A stretch of 64,000 nt of DNA, from the NCBI RefSeq assembly GCF_963921235.1, contig NC_086097.1:216072001-216136000 (forward strand), read 5' to 3'. The notes beneath the pieces are model-generated. The model worked only from the letters and a program-made list of their open reading frames with translations, was not told where the DNA came from and did not search any database. Of the stretch, positions 25,901 to 39,027 are shown piece by piece (within the stretch, counting starts at the first letter, position 1; each line of letters begins with the position of its first letter). Source of the stretch: Mobula hypostoma. Its lineage: Eukaryota. A program made the position numbers and the translations under genes.

Positions 25901-26630
25901 TGCATTTTGGTCATGCCCTCAGCTTGATGACTATTGGGCACTGGTTTTTAAAATTATCAGTGAGGTTTTGGGGGTGACACTGAGACCTTGCCCGCTTATA
26001 ACTGTATTTGGTGTGGCAGATGATGATTTGGGTTTAAATGCAAGCCGGTCGGATATCATTGCATTTACATCGCTATTGGCCCATAGGAGAATTTTGCTGG
26101 TTTGGAAATCTGCCACTCCCCCAAATGCTGCTGCTTGGTTAGAAAATGTAATTTTTTTCTGAAATTAGAAAAAGATTAAATTCACTTTGAGGGGGTCTGT
26201 GAAAAAAATTCTATTCGAAATGGGGAACTTTATTATCATATTTTGGGTGTCTTAAGGAATTACCTACTAGTTGAGGGCATTTGATTGTACTTGGGAAGTT
26301 GCCTCCCATTTAACATGCTTATAATTTACCTCACAGGGTGGTTGATGAATTGTAAATATGAGTGTATTTTGGATCATCTGACATGTTGCAGATGTGTGTG
26401 AGCCGTCGTCTTGAAGTAGTGTGGGGGTATGATTGTGAAATGTCCGTACTTGTATTTGTGAATTGTTGTGTTGTAAATACATTAGCTGCCATGATATGTT
26501 CGGGGAGGGTGGGTGGGGGGGTGGGGGAGGTTTGTTTGGGGGTACGATATAAAAACAAAATGGAGGAAAATGTAATCCATTATATATTCTGTATTGTGTC
26601 ATTCCTTCAATAAAAATTTAAAAAAATAAT
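22980..26630 (+). mobile_element. L1-clade LINE 3' portion interrupted by CR1
   Basis: NHLFPP, IKDLY, HFFKYLQIRHF, LIQFKVLHR, CDRC...HAFWSCP; AATAAA and A-rich tail at ~26609-26630. Confidence 0.9.
23311..25460 (+). mobile_element. Young CR1 (5'-truncated) with inverted duplication of its 3' end
   Basis: RT ORF 24039-25238 after an in-frame stop at 24018-24020; ATAGT at 23311-23315 and 25459-25463; (ATGTTTCT)n tail. Confidence 0.97.
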
Positions 26631-26724
26631 AATTTGTACCATTAGATTACAAGGCATATTTCACAATTGATTAAAAAAAACCTTCTAAAATAATGTTAAG
26701 GTCACATTTAAAATTCTCCACATA

Positions 26725-26985
26725 CAGTGGATTCCAGAAACTGGGCCATAGGTTTATCTGGGCAGCTGCTTACTTGGGACAACGCTGAAAGAACAAAAAC
26801 TAATCGAGAATATAGTGGGATTTGCTGCATTTATTTGGGATGCTATGCCATTTAATTAGGACAGGAGACTTGCCGAATAGTTTTTAATGAGCATCAGTTG
26901 CATGCACTTGTGTGGCTGTTGGATGCTATACCATGCTTTGAGCGAAGCTTTTAAAATAGTTCTGTGTGCTTGAGTTATGTTATAC
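26725..26985 (+). mobile_element. Left end of the same Tigger-like family as 13134-14549
   Basis: ta|cagtggattccag... with similar internal sequence. Confidence 0.7.
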
Positions 26986-27567
26986 CAGTGATTCCACACG
27001 GGGCGTTTACATATCCTGAGGGGGCGGTAGGTAAAATAGCAGTTCATCAGGGGGTGTTCAAGATTTTTGTGGAGGGGGGGCTGTAAGCGGCACCCTAGCT
27101 TGAGGCACATCACCTGACCGACCGTTCGTAGAGCAGGCATTTCCAAATAAAAAAATGTAAGGCACTGGGACACAGGAAGAGCCATAGCTCTGCAGGCAAT
27201 GAACACTCATCACAGTGTCTGAAACTCAGTGATCTCATCTGGATCTTATCAACCAAACAGACATTATTTGAGATACATAAACGAGCTCATACAATTTAGC
27301 AATTGCTAAGTCAAGTCACCCTCTCAACTTGCTCTACAGATAACGGGTCATGCAACAATTCAGCACTGGCCGGAACCAAACGGCGAAATGGAACCAATCT
27401 GGGAACCTGCCCACCCTGAGGACTCCTTGGGGTGTTCTAACTGAACTGGGCTTCATATGTGCGGCCAAGAAACGACTTTGGGGATTATGAGACCTTATGT
27501 GATTGGTTAATCGTGCTAACTAGAATAGTACAAAGGTAGCTTGCCGAACACCAGCTCTACCCTGACT

Positions 27568-28847
27568 TGTTCTGGAGCTGCTCCGGCCTATGGTCAGGCC
27601 ACTCTTAGATCCCCTCCAGTTCGCCTACCAGCCCCAACTAGGAGTTGAGGATGCCATCGTCTACCTGCTGAACCGTGTCTACGCCCACCTGGACAAGCCA
27701 GCGAGCACTGTGAGGGTCATGTTTTTTGACTTCTCCGGTGCGTTCAACACCATCCGCCCTGCTCTGCTGGGGGAGAAGCTGACAGCGATGCAGGTGGATG
27801 CTTCCCTGGTATCATGGATTCTTGATTACCTGACTGGCAGACCACAGTACGTGTGCTTGCAACACTGTGTGTCCCACAGAGTGATCAGCAGCACTGGGGC
27901 TCCACAGGGGACTGTCTTGTCTCCCTTTCTCTTCACCATTTACACCTCGGACTTCAACTATTGCACAGAGTCTTGTCATCTTCAGAAGTTTTCGGATGAC
28001 TCTGCCATAGTTGGATGCATCAGCAAGGGAGATGAGGTTGAGTACAGGTCTACGGTAAGAAACTTTGTCACATGGTGTGAGCAGAATTATCTGCAGCTTA
28101 ATGTGAAAAAGTCTAAGGAGCTGGTGGTAGACCTGAGGAGCGCTAACTTACTGGTGAGCCCTGTTTCCATCCAGGGGGTCAGTGTGGACATGGTGGAGGA
28201 TTACAAATACCTGGGGATACGAATTGACAATAAACTGGACTGGTCTAAGAACACTGAGGCTGTCTACAAGGGTCAGAGCCATCTCTATTTCCTGAGGAGA
28301 CTGAGGTCCTTTAACATCTGCCAGACGATGCTGAGGATGTTCTACGAGTCTGTGGTGGCCAGTGCTATCATGTTTGCTGTTGTGTGTTGGGGCAGCAGGC
28401 TGAGGGTAGCAGACACCAACAGAATCAACAAACTCATTCGTAAGACCAGTGATGTTGTGGGGATGGAACAGGACTCTCTCACGGTGGTGTCTGAAAAGAG
28501 GATGCTGTCTAACTTGCATGCCATCTTGGACAATGTCTCCCATCTACTACATAATGTACTGGTTGGGCACAGGAGTACATTCAGCCAGAGACTTATTCCA
28601 CCGAGATGCAGCACAGAGCGTCATAGGAAGTCATTCCTGCCTGTGGCCATCAAACTTTACAACTCCTCCCTTGGAGGGTCAGACACCCTGAGCTGATAGG
28701 CTGGTCCTGGACTTATTTCACAATTTACTGGCATAATTTACATATTACTATTTAACTATTTATGGTTCTATTACTATTTATTATTTAGGGTGCAACTGTA
28801 ATGAAAACCAATTTCCCCCGGGATCAATAAAGTATGACTATGACTAT
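27568..28847 (+). mobile_element. Rex1/Babar-clade LINE, 5'-truncated, 368-aa RT ORF
   Basis: LDPLQFAYQP, FFDFSGAFNTI, STGAPQGTVLSP, KFSDDS; AATAAA + (GACTAT)n tail. Confidence 0.93.
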
Positions 28848-29681
28848 TCAGATTCCAACCTGAATCCTTGTCAGCGTAATTTAGGTGTTGTGCCATCTTC
28901 ATCTTCACCTCGTCATTCCTTTGCATGCCGCTACCATCGTTCCATCCCTGTCAACTCATTGCCGTAGTCAACATCCAATAGGCATTCCCAGCTTGTGTTA
29001 TATTTTATTTTAATTTAGCCCCGTTAATAATGGATAAATATGTACAGCATGATCTTTATGAGTCTAAAGGTGGTGAAGCCTTGAATTCTAATCCTGCTAA
29101 GAAACAAAACTGCGTCAATACAATGTTACATACCTGGAGTATGGTTTTATTCATTCCTGTCAGATCAGGGATGCCCCATGTGTCTTATTTGTAGTACTGT
29201 ACTGCCTAATGAAGCCCAGGAACACTTCCGTTAAAAACACCCTGAAAAGGCTACTTATGGTATTACTCAGTTCCAGAAGATGAAAGAAGCATTTGAAAAG
29301 CGTTGCACACTCGAGTCATTTGCCAAGAAAGTTAAAAATGACCTTGATAGTAGTCTCATTGTTTCTTATAGCATTTCCAAAATGATAGCAAAGTGTGGGA
29401 AATCTCATACAATTGGTGAAAGATTAATAATGCCTGCAGTATCAGAAATCCTCACCACTGTTCTCAAAATGGATACCAGTATTTTAAAATCAATCCCTCT
29501 GAGTAATAACTCTGTAGCTAGTCATATTGACAAAATGAATGAAGACACTGAGGTTCAACTATATGCAAAGCTACAAAAAATGGAATTTGAAATACAACTG
29601 GATGAGTCAACTGTGCGAGACAACGAAGCATTGCTACTGGCATATGTACAGTTTATCAAAAGTGGAATAGTTTATGAAGAG

Positions 29682-30900
29682 CCATCCCCTTCTCGCAATT
29701 CCTCCATCTCCGCCGCATCTGCTCTCAGGATGAGGCTTTTCATTCTAGGACGAGGGAGATGTCTTCCTTTTTTAAAGAAAGGGGCTTCCCTTCCTCCACT
29801 ATCAACTCTGCTCTTAAATGCATCTCCCCCATTTCACGTACATCTGCTCTCACTCCATCCTCCCGCCACCCCACTAGGAATAGGGTTCCCCTGGTCCTCA
29901 CCTACCACCCCACCAGCCTCCGGGTCCAACATATTATTCTCCGTAACTTCCGCCACCTCCAACGGGATCCCACCACTAAGCACATCTTTCCCTCCCCCCC
30001 CCCGCTTTCCGCAGGGATCGCTCCCTACGCGACTCCCTTGTCCATTCGTCCCCCCCATCCCTCCCCACTGATCTCCCTCCTGGCACTTATCCATGTAAGC
30101 GGAACAAGTGCTACACATGCCCTTACACTTCCTCCCTTACCACCATTCAGGGCCCCAAACAGTCCTTCCAGGTAAGGCAACACTTCACCCCAGCCGACTC
30201 ACAGGTGATGTACTGCGTCCGGTGCTCCTGATGTGGCCTTTTATATATTGGCGAGACCCGACGCAGACTGGGAGACCGCTTTGCTGAACACCTACGCTCT
30301 GTCAGCCAGAGAAAGCAGGATCTCCCAGTGGCCACACATTTTAATTCCACATCCCATTCCCATTCTGGCATGTCTATCCACGGCCTCCTCTACTGTAAAG
30401 ATGAAGCCACACTCAGGTTGGAGGAACAACACCTTATATTCCATCTGGGTAGCCTCCCACCTGATGGCATGAACATCGACTTCTCTAACTTCCGCTAATG
30501 CCCCACCTCCCCCTCGTACCCCATCTGTTACTTATTTTTATACACACATTCTTTCTCTCACTCTCCTTTTTCTCCCTCTGAATATACCCCTTGCCCATCC
30601 TCTGGGTCCCTCCCCCCTTGTCTTTCTTCCCAGACCTCCTGTCCCATGATCCTCTCGTATCCCTTTTGCCTATCACCTGTCCAGCTCTTGGCTCCATCCC
30701 TCCCCCTCCTGTCTTCTCCTATCATTTTGGATCTCCCCCTCCAACTTTCAAATCTCTTACTAACTCTTCCTTCAGTTAGTCCTGACGAAGGGTCTCGGCC
30801 TGAAACGTCAACTGTACCTCTTCCTAGAGATGCTGCCTGGCCTGCTGCGTTCACCAGCAACTTTGATGTGTTTCCAGCATCTGCAGAATTCCTGTTGTTT
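29682..30900 (+). mobile_element. Penelope-like element (GIY-YIG region + 3' terminus)
   Basis: FFKERGFP...RVPLVLTYHP, LYIGET; flanked by duplicated tagtttatgaagag. Confidence 0.93.
30773..30814 (+). ncRNA. Minimal type-I hammerhead ribozyme motif
   Basis: cagttagtc-CTGACGA-agg gtctcgg cct-GAAA-cg-TC-aactg. Confidence 0.7.
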
Positions 30901-31364
30901 TAGTTTATGAAGAGTTTCTCTTTTGTAAAAAGTTTAAAACAAATATCAATGGAGGATCAATCTACAATGAGCTCAAAATGTATACTGAGGATAAAAGTAT
31001 CCCGATTAGGATCAAGATTTCTTGTACAACAGATGGAGCACCATACACGACAGGTCGCCATGCTGGTTTAGTGGCGTTTATGAACAAATAAATTTCTAGT
31101 CTGTTTGCAAACCATTGTGTAATTCAAGGCAGCATCAATAATCAATGTGTCAGCACCAATGAGCCACGCCTCAATAACGTTTGCTCTGTGTCGTAGACTT
31201 ACTAAGCAGTGTATGTAGATTAATAAACAGTTGTTTTGTTTTCATTGCCAATATCCAACTGTGCTAAGCTTGATAAAAGTCCATAAAAGAGATCAAAGGG
31301 TACTCACTCAATTTTTGGTGTTGACGCACTGCACGGATATTACCTTTTAATACCTGTCCTGCAG

Positions 31365-31575
31365 GTGATTCAGCTGGAAGAGTTGCTGCCTCACGGCTCC
31401 AATGAGTTGTGTCCAATCCTGACTTCATACGTTCTGTGTGGAGGTTGCACTTTCTCCCTTTAACCATGCTCATGCTTTCATCCCAAATCCCACCTACGTG
31501 CTGGCCGATAGGGTAATGAGCAACTCTGAATTATCCCATGTATAAATGAGTGGTTGAGCCTGGGTGGGAGGAGTT
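31365..31575 (+). mobile_element. Old V-SINE/HE1-like SINE
   Basis: gctgcctcacggctcc...tgtgtggaggttgcactttctccc. Confidence 0.55.
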
Positions 31576-31579
31576 ATTC

Positions 31580-34500
31580 AGACCATTGATAATGATGACA
31601 AATAACAACGGACCCAGCACAGATCCCTGCGGCACACCACTAGCACAGACCTCTCGTCAGAAAGACAACCATCTACCACTCTCTGGCTTCTTCAATGAAG
31701 CCAGTGTCAAATCCAATTTACTATCTCATCTTGAATGCAAGCAACTGAACTACTTGTCCCACCTCCATGCACGACCTTGCCAAAGGCCTTGCTGAAGTCC
31801 ATGTAGACAACATCCTTGACTTCATCAACTTTCCTAGTAACTTCTTTGAAAAAAAATTTATAAGCTTGGTTAGACATGACTTACAATGCACAATGTCATG
31901 TTGACTATTCCTAATCAGTCCTGGTCTATCCAAATATTTATATATCCAGTCCCTTAGAATATCTTCCAACAACTTCACTGGATTACAAAGATTTTGCATC
32001 CTGAATACTTCTGGGTGCACCTTACAGATTTTGGACTACTGATCATGAAAAATCGCCATGAAATTTCTCTATCACGCACTTTTTATTTGAATTGCGTATA
32101 TTTGTTATTTCAAGTGATAATTCAAGTCAATTAAAATGTTGCCCACAATGTAAGCAAAAATGTTTCTATCTTGTCCAAGCATGCTTTGGGTTGTCAGCAT
32201 GACCCACAAGAATGGCATCTTTTTATTGATTCTTCAGTGTTAAGCCTGAAAGTTGTGCTGCTACACAACTGCAATATCCACCCTTCAATACCAATCGGCC
32301 ATGCAGTACACATGAAAGAAAACTACCGAAATTTGTAAGTCATGTTGAAACACACACAGTACAGCAACTACAACTAGAACATCTGTGGTGATCTGAAAGT
32401 AGCACTGCTACTAGGAATGCAGCTCGGATACACCAAATACTATTGTTTCATTTGCGAATGGGACAGCCCTGCTAAACAATCTCATTACATTAAAAAGAAA
32501 TGGCCAATCCATAAGCAATTGGTTCCAGGGCAGAAAAGTGTGGCACATAAGCCACTTGTAAACCCAAAAAAGATATTTTTGCCTCCTCTTCATATAAAAC
32601 TAGGGCTTACGAAAAATTTTGTGAAAGCAACGAACAAGGAAGATGAAGGATTTCAATATTTGAGACAGATGTTTCCCAGAATAACTGATGCCAAAATTAA
32701 GGCAATTTTGTTGGTCCACAAATCAAACAGGACATCAATGACAAGCAATTCAAAGAACTTCTAGTGGAACCGGAGAAAATCACATGGAAGGCATTCAAGG
32801 ATGCTGTTAAAAATTTTCTAGGCAACTACAGTGCACCAAACTACATGCAATTGGTTGACAAAATGCTTCAAGCATACAATACCATGAAGTGCAACATGAG
32901 ACTAAACATTCATTTTCTGCATTTCCATTTAGACTTCTTTCCTGCAAATCTCCTTGCTGTCAATGACGAGCATGGTGAAAGTTTTCACCAGGACATCGCG
33001 GTCAGGGAGAAACAGTATCAGGGCTTCTAGAATCCATCTATGCTGGCTGATTATTGTCGGACACTTAAGCAAGAAGCCTCCGACACTGAGTACAAATGAA
33101 AATCATCAACAAAACATTTTTAGCTTATTTGAACTATTGCAAAGCATCAGCACCATTATGCAATTAAATGCATTATATTCAATGAATGTTAATTTCCCTT
33201 TTCTCCAAATTCCTATGTGATACATGTAGTCTGAGATCATATTTGTGGTCAGCTTAAGGCGGTCTATCAGAATCTCAAAAAAATTCTGAGGAAGCAATAC
33301 TTAGGAAAAAATTAGTTGTACAGTGAGCTTTCACACGGCTGATGTCAGGCTCATTAGCCTATAATTTCCTGCCTTAGTCTTAGAGCCTTTCTTAAACAAC
33401 AGAACAACATTAGTATGCTCCAATCCTCTGGCATATCACCTGTGGTCCTGCAATATCTACACTGACCTCCCTCTGGGTCCGAGGAAACACACTGTCGGAC
33501 CCTGGGAATTTATCCACCCTAATTTGCTTCAACACAGCAAACAGTTCCACCTCTGTAATCCGTATAGGGTCCATGACCTCACTGCTGTATTACTTCACAT
33601 CCATAGACTCTGTGTCTGTCTTCCACTTAAATACAAAGGCAAAAATATCCACTTGAGATCTCCCCCCCCCCCATCTCTTTTGGCTCCACACATAGATTAC
33701 CACCCTGATCTTCCGGAGGATCAATTTTATCATTTGCTATCTTTTTGCTCTTAGTATATCTGTATAAGCCCTTGGAGTTCTCCTTCACCTTATCTGGTAC
33801 AACAACATCAGCCTTCTTTTAGCCCTCCTGATTTCCTTCTTACTTCTCTTGGATTTCTTGTACTCCTTGAGCACTTTATTTGTTCTAACCTGCCTATGTC
33901 TGTTAGTACCTCCTTTTTTTTTAAAATAGGGTTTCAATATCTCTCAGAAACCAAGGTTCGTTAAATCTGTTATCCTTACCATTTATTCTGACAGGAACAT
34001 ACAAACTCTCTACTCTCAAAATTCCACTTGCCAAGTACACTTTTGTCAGAAAACAACCAGTCTGAAACCTCACTTGTCAGATCCTTTCTGAGACCATCAA
34101 AGTTGGCTTTTCTCAAATTTAGTATCTCAACCCAAAGACCAGACGTATCCTTTTCCATAATTAACTTGAAACTAATGGCATTATGATCACTAGATCCTCT
34201 GGACAAACTTTTGTCACTTGCCCTGTCTCTTTCTCTATTAAGACATTTAGCATCATACTCGCTCTAGTTGGGACTCCAATGAAGTGATTAAGGAAACGCT
34301 CCTAAAAAACATTTGACCAACCCTTTCCCATCCAGCCATTTTACAGTATGGAAGTCCCAGTCAATATGTGGAAAGTTAGAATCACCTACTATAACAATCT
34401 TATTTTTCTAGCAACAGTCTGCTAGCTTAACAAATTTACTCCTCTAAATCCTGCAGACTGTTGGGTGGTCTATAGTATAGCCCAATTACCATGGTCTCAG

Positions 34501-34900
34501 ATCAACCTATAAAGCCTCACTAGACAGGCTCTCCAGTCTGTCCTGACTGAGTACTGTCATGACAATTTTCCTTACTAGTAATGCCATCCCTCCCCCTTTA
34601 ATCCGTCCCACTCTATCACATCTAAAACAATGAACCTCTGGAATATTGAGCTACCAGTCCTGCCCCTCCTGCAACCAATTCTCACTAATGGCTACAATGC
34701 TATAACTCCATGTGATGATCCATGCCCCAAGCTCACCTCCCTTTTCTATATTACTCCTTGCATTGAAATAAACGCAGCTCAGAACATTAGGCTCACCATG
34801 CTGTAAGTCCTGAATTTGTATCTGGGCTTAACAACATCTTTCTCCACACCCTCTTGACTATCTGTTCTGGCACTCTGGTTCCATCTCCCTGAAACTCCAG
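31580..34900 (-). mobile_element. Decayed CR1 split by a Chapaev3-like transposon
   Basis: Antisense RT and APE motifs at 31600-31975 continue at 33326-34800. Confidence 0.85.
31976..33325 (+). mobile_element. Chapaev3-like (CMC superfamily) DNA transposon, decayed transposase
   Basis: Termini CACTG...CAGTG; GYTKYYCFICEWDS, FLPPLHIKLGL, IHFLHFHLDFFP, DEHGESFHQDI. Confidence 0.75.
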
Positions 34901-35449
34901 TTAAACCACCTATATGCTGATGTGATCTTTGGCAATCTTCTACACTATTGACAATGGCATGAATCTTAGTGTCATCTGCGAACTTACTAACCCACCCATC
35001 CATATTTCCATCTGAATTGTTTATATTCATTCAGAAACAGCAGAAATCCCTGAAGAACACCACTAGGCATGGGCCTATAGAGAGAATAAGTCCCATCGAC
35101 CACTACCCTTTTTCTTCTATTGGCAAACCACCATGTAGCACATGCAACACAACGTATAGCAAGTCTAGCTAAAGGGTTCCATTGTTTTAGGTGTGATAGA
35201 GTGGAAGGGACAGCATTATAGTCAGGATTGGTGGCATTGTCGATAGCGTAGAAGATTGCTGAAGAATACAGCCAACAAACCAGGTGGGGGGGGGGTGCCT
35301 CTGCTCATTTTAAAAGGATAACAAGAAAATGATAGCAAAAAAATCCTTTCTGAAAATGACACTGAGGAAAATTTACAGCAAATATATTGAGGAGGAGGTC
35401 TTAGGCTAGAGTCAAGACTCTTCAATGCAATGGCTGCAGGAATGTAGAT

Positions 35450-35626
35450 TGCACTTCTCTGAAAGGCAAGCTGCTGGACTCGTAGTAATAGGCCTGATTA
35501 AAACATTCCAATTTCATGCCAACTTTTTAAGACAACTCCTACAAAAATGTTTGCGGGAACATTTTGAAATATTTTTAATCAGGTCTATTACTACGAAGCC
35601 AGCAGCTTGCCTTTCAGAGAAGTACA
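35450..35626. repeat. Inverted repeat, ~60-bp arms, ~50-bp spacer
   Basis: 35450-35511 is the near-exact reverse complement of 35564-35626. Confidence 0.9.
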
Positions 35627-37094
35627 GCACACTAAAAGAAAAAGGATCAGAACTCGCTCAGTTCCTTGGACCGTGCTGAACTCTATGACGGGTTGTGAAA
35701 GCCTAGAATATCCTGGCTGTGAAATTTCGTTCAATTGTTCTAGTTATTTTATCAATGGTACAAATGAAAATTTGCAATTTTGCAACAGAAACACTGAGGT
35801 CATTAGACACTCAGGAACGTTGCATTTTGTTTCTATTCAGGGATAAATTTTACTAATTCTTGGTCCCAAAAGAATCAGAAATAGCAGAACCCTCTTTAGC
35901 ATGCAGGATGACATCTTTAATTACTTAAGATTGCCACTATTTTGCAATAAAATAGGAAGTGCAACACACTGAAAGTAGTGAATCATACATGATTTAAAGT
36001 ACTTACTACACATACTGGAAGGGTTTCAAGCCGGAACATCGGTAATTCTTGTTTGCTCAACACCCTGAATTTTTCTAATTGAATGGTTGTTGTTCTAGAT
36101 GCAATCTCATATGTCTACAGGGATCAGCAAACTGTTAAGTTCAGAGACCCCTTCACTCCTGGATCCAGTGCTGCCACTCATCAAGTAGTGACAATCATAA
36201 GGTGCTGTTGGGGTTGCTCTGGAGCTGGGAGGTCTCCCCAGGAAGACCCATGTGCCCGTAGCCACCATCTCTGAATTCTTTCACAGTTTCACCCTGCTCT
36301 CTCTCAACTCCATGACAAAGAAACAGCAGGTGTAGTCTGCAAAATGTACAAGTTGAGTTTCAACTTCCTTATTATGGGGGAGAAAACCATAATAACAATT
36401 TCTTAAAGCATGGATACACAATTCTTTCGATTTTAATTTTGATCCCAGATTTGGTGCTACGTTACACAAAGCAACCATTTAGCAATCAAAAATACTTGAA
36501 GTCCAGTTTCTAGGCAGCAATATGGCAAATGGCTCTTCTGGGGGAAAAAGGTCGTTCTTAACAACAGACTCATACACAATTTCAACAACCTACTTAAGAT
36601 TCATTGCAGACTCCGAATTTGTATTCGTACATTGTGACCGTGTACATACCAACACTAGATTTCTTAAAATGTTTCTTCACAAAGAGTTAATACAATTAAC
36701 TGTCAAAAGTTACTTAGTTGAACAAATTTATAACAAGGAGTTTCATTTCTAAATGCAGGAATCAAACCAACACATTGATGTTCAGGACGACATGACAGAA
36801 CAGAATAACTATTCTATGAACACTATTCTCTCATCTCGTCAGCATCCAGGTGCATATCATCACACTTGCCTTGCAGATGTCTGCGATCAGAAACACATGT
36901 TTCTATGGGCAAACAGCCAGGATCATCTAAAGAAAGTGTGTAATAATGTGCAAAGCTGTCCACATTCCCTGTTAGCCACAAAGTAAGAATAGGGTGTCCA
37001 TTTTCTTTAGCTTGGAAGAAGGCAGGCTTTCTGAAACCAGGGACCAGATGTCCCAATGCTGGGCCTTCGAGTCTCCATAAGCATTCAAGAAGAT

Positions 37095-37375
37095 CATAGT
37101 CATAGAACACTACAGCACAGAGACAGGCCCTTCAGTCCATCTAGTCCATGCCAAACCATTACTCCGCCTAGTCCCATTGACCTGCACCCTGACCACAGCC
37201 CTCCATACTCCTACTACCCATGTACCTATCCATATTTCTCTTAAGTTTTGAGATCAATCCCACATCCCACGCTTGCACTAGCAGTTTGCTCAACACTTGC
37301 ACCACCCACTTGGTGAAGAAGCTCCCCCTTATGCTCCCCTTAAACATTTCACCTTTAACCCATGACCTCTAGTTC
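37095..37375 (-). mobile_element. CR1 3' fragment
   Basis: catagtcatagaacactacagcacag tail; gtgaagaagctcccc. Confidence 0.8.
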
Positions 37376-38980
37376 CTTCATGTCCATTGCATCTATTCCC
37401 AGGATGAGACTTTCCTCTCCAGGACATCAAAGCACAGGGTTTCTGTTCCTCCACCACTGACACTGCTCTCACCAGCATCTCCTCCATTTCCCAGACATCC
37501 ACGCTCACCCCATCTTCCCACCACCTTAACAGTGAGAGAGTCCCTCATGTCCTCACCACCCACCTCATGAGCCTCTGAACCCTCTGCATCATTCTCTGCA
37601 ACTTCTGCCATCTTCAATGGGGGTCCTACCACCAAACACATCTTCACCTCCACCTCACTCTCTGCATTTCACAGGGATCATTCCCCTTGTGAATCCTTTG
37701 TCTTTCCCCTCTAGCGTCTTGGCACTTATCCCTGCAAGTGGCTGAAGTGCTAAACTTGCCCCTTCACCTTCTCCCTCACTTCCATTCAGTCTTTCCAGGT
37801 TAAGCAACACTTCACCTGTGAATTTGTTGGAGTCAATTGCTATATATAGTGCCCCTGATGCGGCCTCTTCTACATTGGTAAAACCTGATGTAGACTGGGG
37901 GACCGCTTTGTCAAGTACTTCCACTCCATCTACAGAAATTGGAAATACCCAGTGGCCAACCATTTTAAATCCTATATCCATTCCTGTTCTGACATGTCAG
38001 TCTATGGCCTCCTCTTCTGCCGCAATGAGGCCACTCTCAGGTTGGAGGAGCGACACCTCATATTCTCTTCTTACTCTGGCTTCTCATCTTTTTTCTCCAG
38101 ACTTGATGAAGGGTCTGAGCCTGAAACATCGACAGATTACTCTTTTCCATAGATGCTGCCTGGCCTGCTGAGTTCCTCCAGCATTTTATGTGTGTTGCTT
38201 GGAGTTCCAGCATCTGCAGATTTTCTCTTGTTTGTGATCAGACCTCATATTAGATTATGAGGACACACAGTCCTCTTTTATTGTCATTTAGTAATGCATG
38301 CATTAAGAAATGATACAATATTCCTCCGGTGTGATATCACAAAAACAGAGGACAGACCAAGACTGAAAAACTAACAAAACCACATAATTATAACATATAG
38401 TTACAACAGTGCAACAATACAATAACCTGATGAAGAACAGTACATGGCACAGTAAAAAAGTTCAAAGTCTCTCCAAAGTCCCACATCTCATGCAGATGGG
38501 AGAAGGAAGAAAACTCTCCCTGCCATGCCCGATTACAGTCCGACTCTGAGTCGTCCGAAAACTTCGAGCTCTGATCAGCCCTCCGACACCAAGTACCGAG
38601 CACCATCTCTATCCGAACGCTTCGACCTCAGCCTCGGTCGCCAGCAGCAGGCAAAGCCGGAGATTTTGGGGCCTTCCCTCCGGAGATCTCAATCATACAG
38701 TAACAACGGCAGCGACACCAGGCATTTCAGAAATTTCTCCAGATGTTCCTCTGCTTCTCACATCTGTCTTCATCAAATCAGAATTGTCCACGGCCCCTAT
38801 TTAACAGTTACGATATCATTTCACCAGAGAGCTGCGCGCGCTGCATTGCGCTGCCATCTTCTCCTGCCGCCTTCTACCTGATGGCATGAATATCGATTTC
38901 TCCAGCTTCTGGTATTTTCCCCCTCCCCTCTCAATTCTCCACTCTGATCTTTTACCTCTTCTTATCTGCCTATCACACTT
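37376..38980 (+). mobile_element. Old Penelope-like element, interrupted at 38064-38874
   Basis: Similar to 29682-30500; resumes with cctgatggcatgaatatcgatttc at ~38877. Confidence 0.8.
38250..38872 (-). mobile_element. Short non-autonomous LINE-derived element
   Basis: Minus strand starts GGCGGCAGGAGAAGATGGCAGC and ends AATAAA...ATAATCTAAT; no long ORF. Confidence 0.55.
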
Positions 38981-39027
38981 CATGTCTGAAATTCTTTAAA
39001 GGGTCATAATGAGACCAGGTTATTTAT

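Larger units (their letters stand above)
29030..31140 (+). mobile_element. Decayed hAT (Buster/Charlie, ZBED5/SCAND3-like) transposase, split by Penelope
   Basis: IAKCGKSHTIGERLIMP, IPLSNNSV, QLDEST, LLAYVQF before the insertion; TTDGAP- and HCVI-like codons after 30915. Confidence 0.85.

Noticed and set aside
29280..30071. 263-aa ORF as a domesticated ZBED/SCAND3-like gene
   Set aside because: Read-through from a broken hAT transposase into an out-of-frame Penelope insertion
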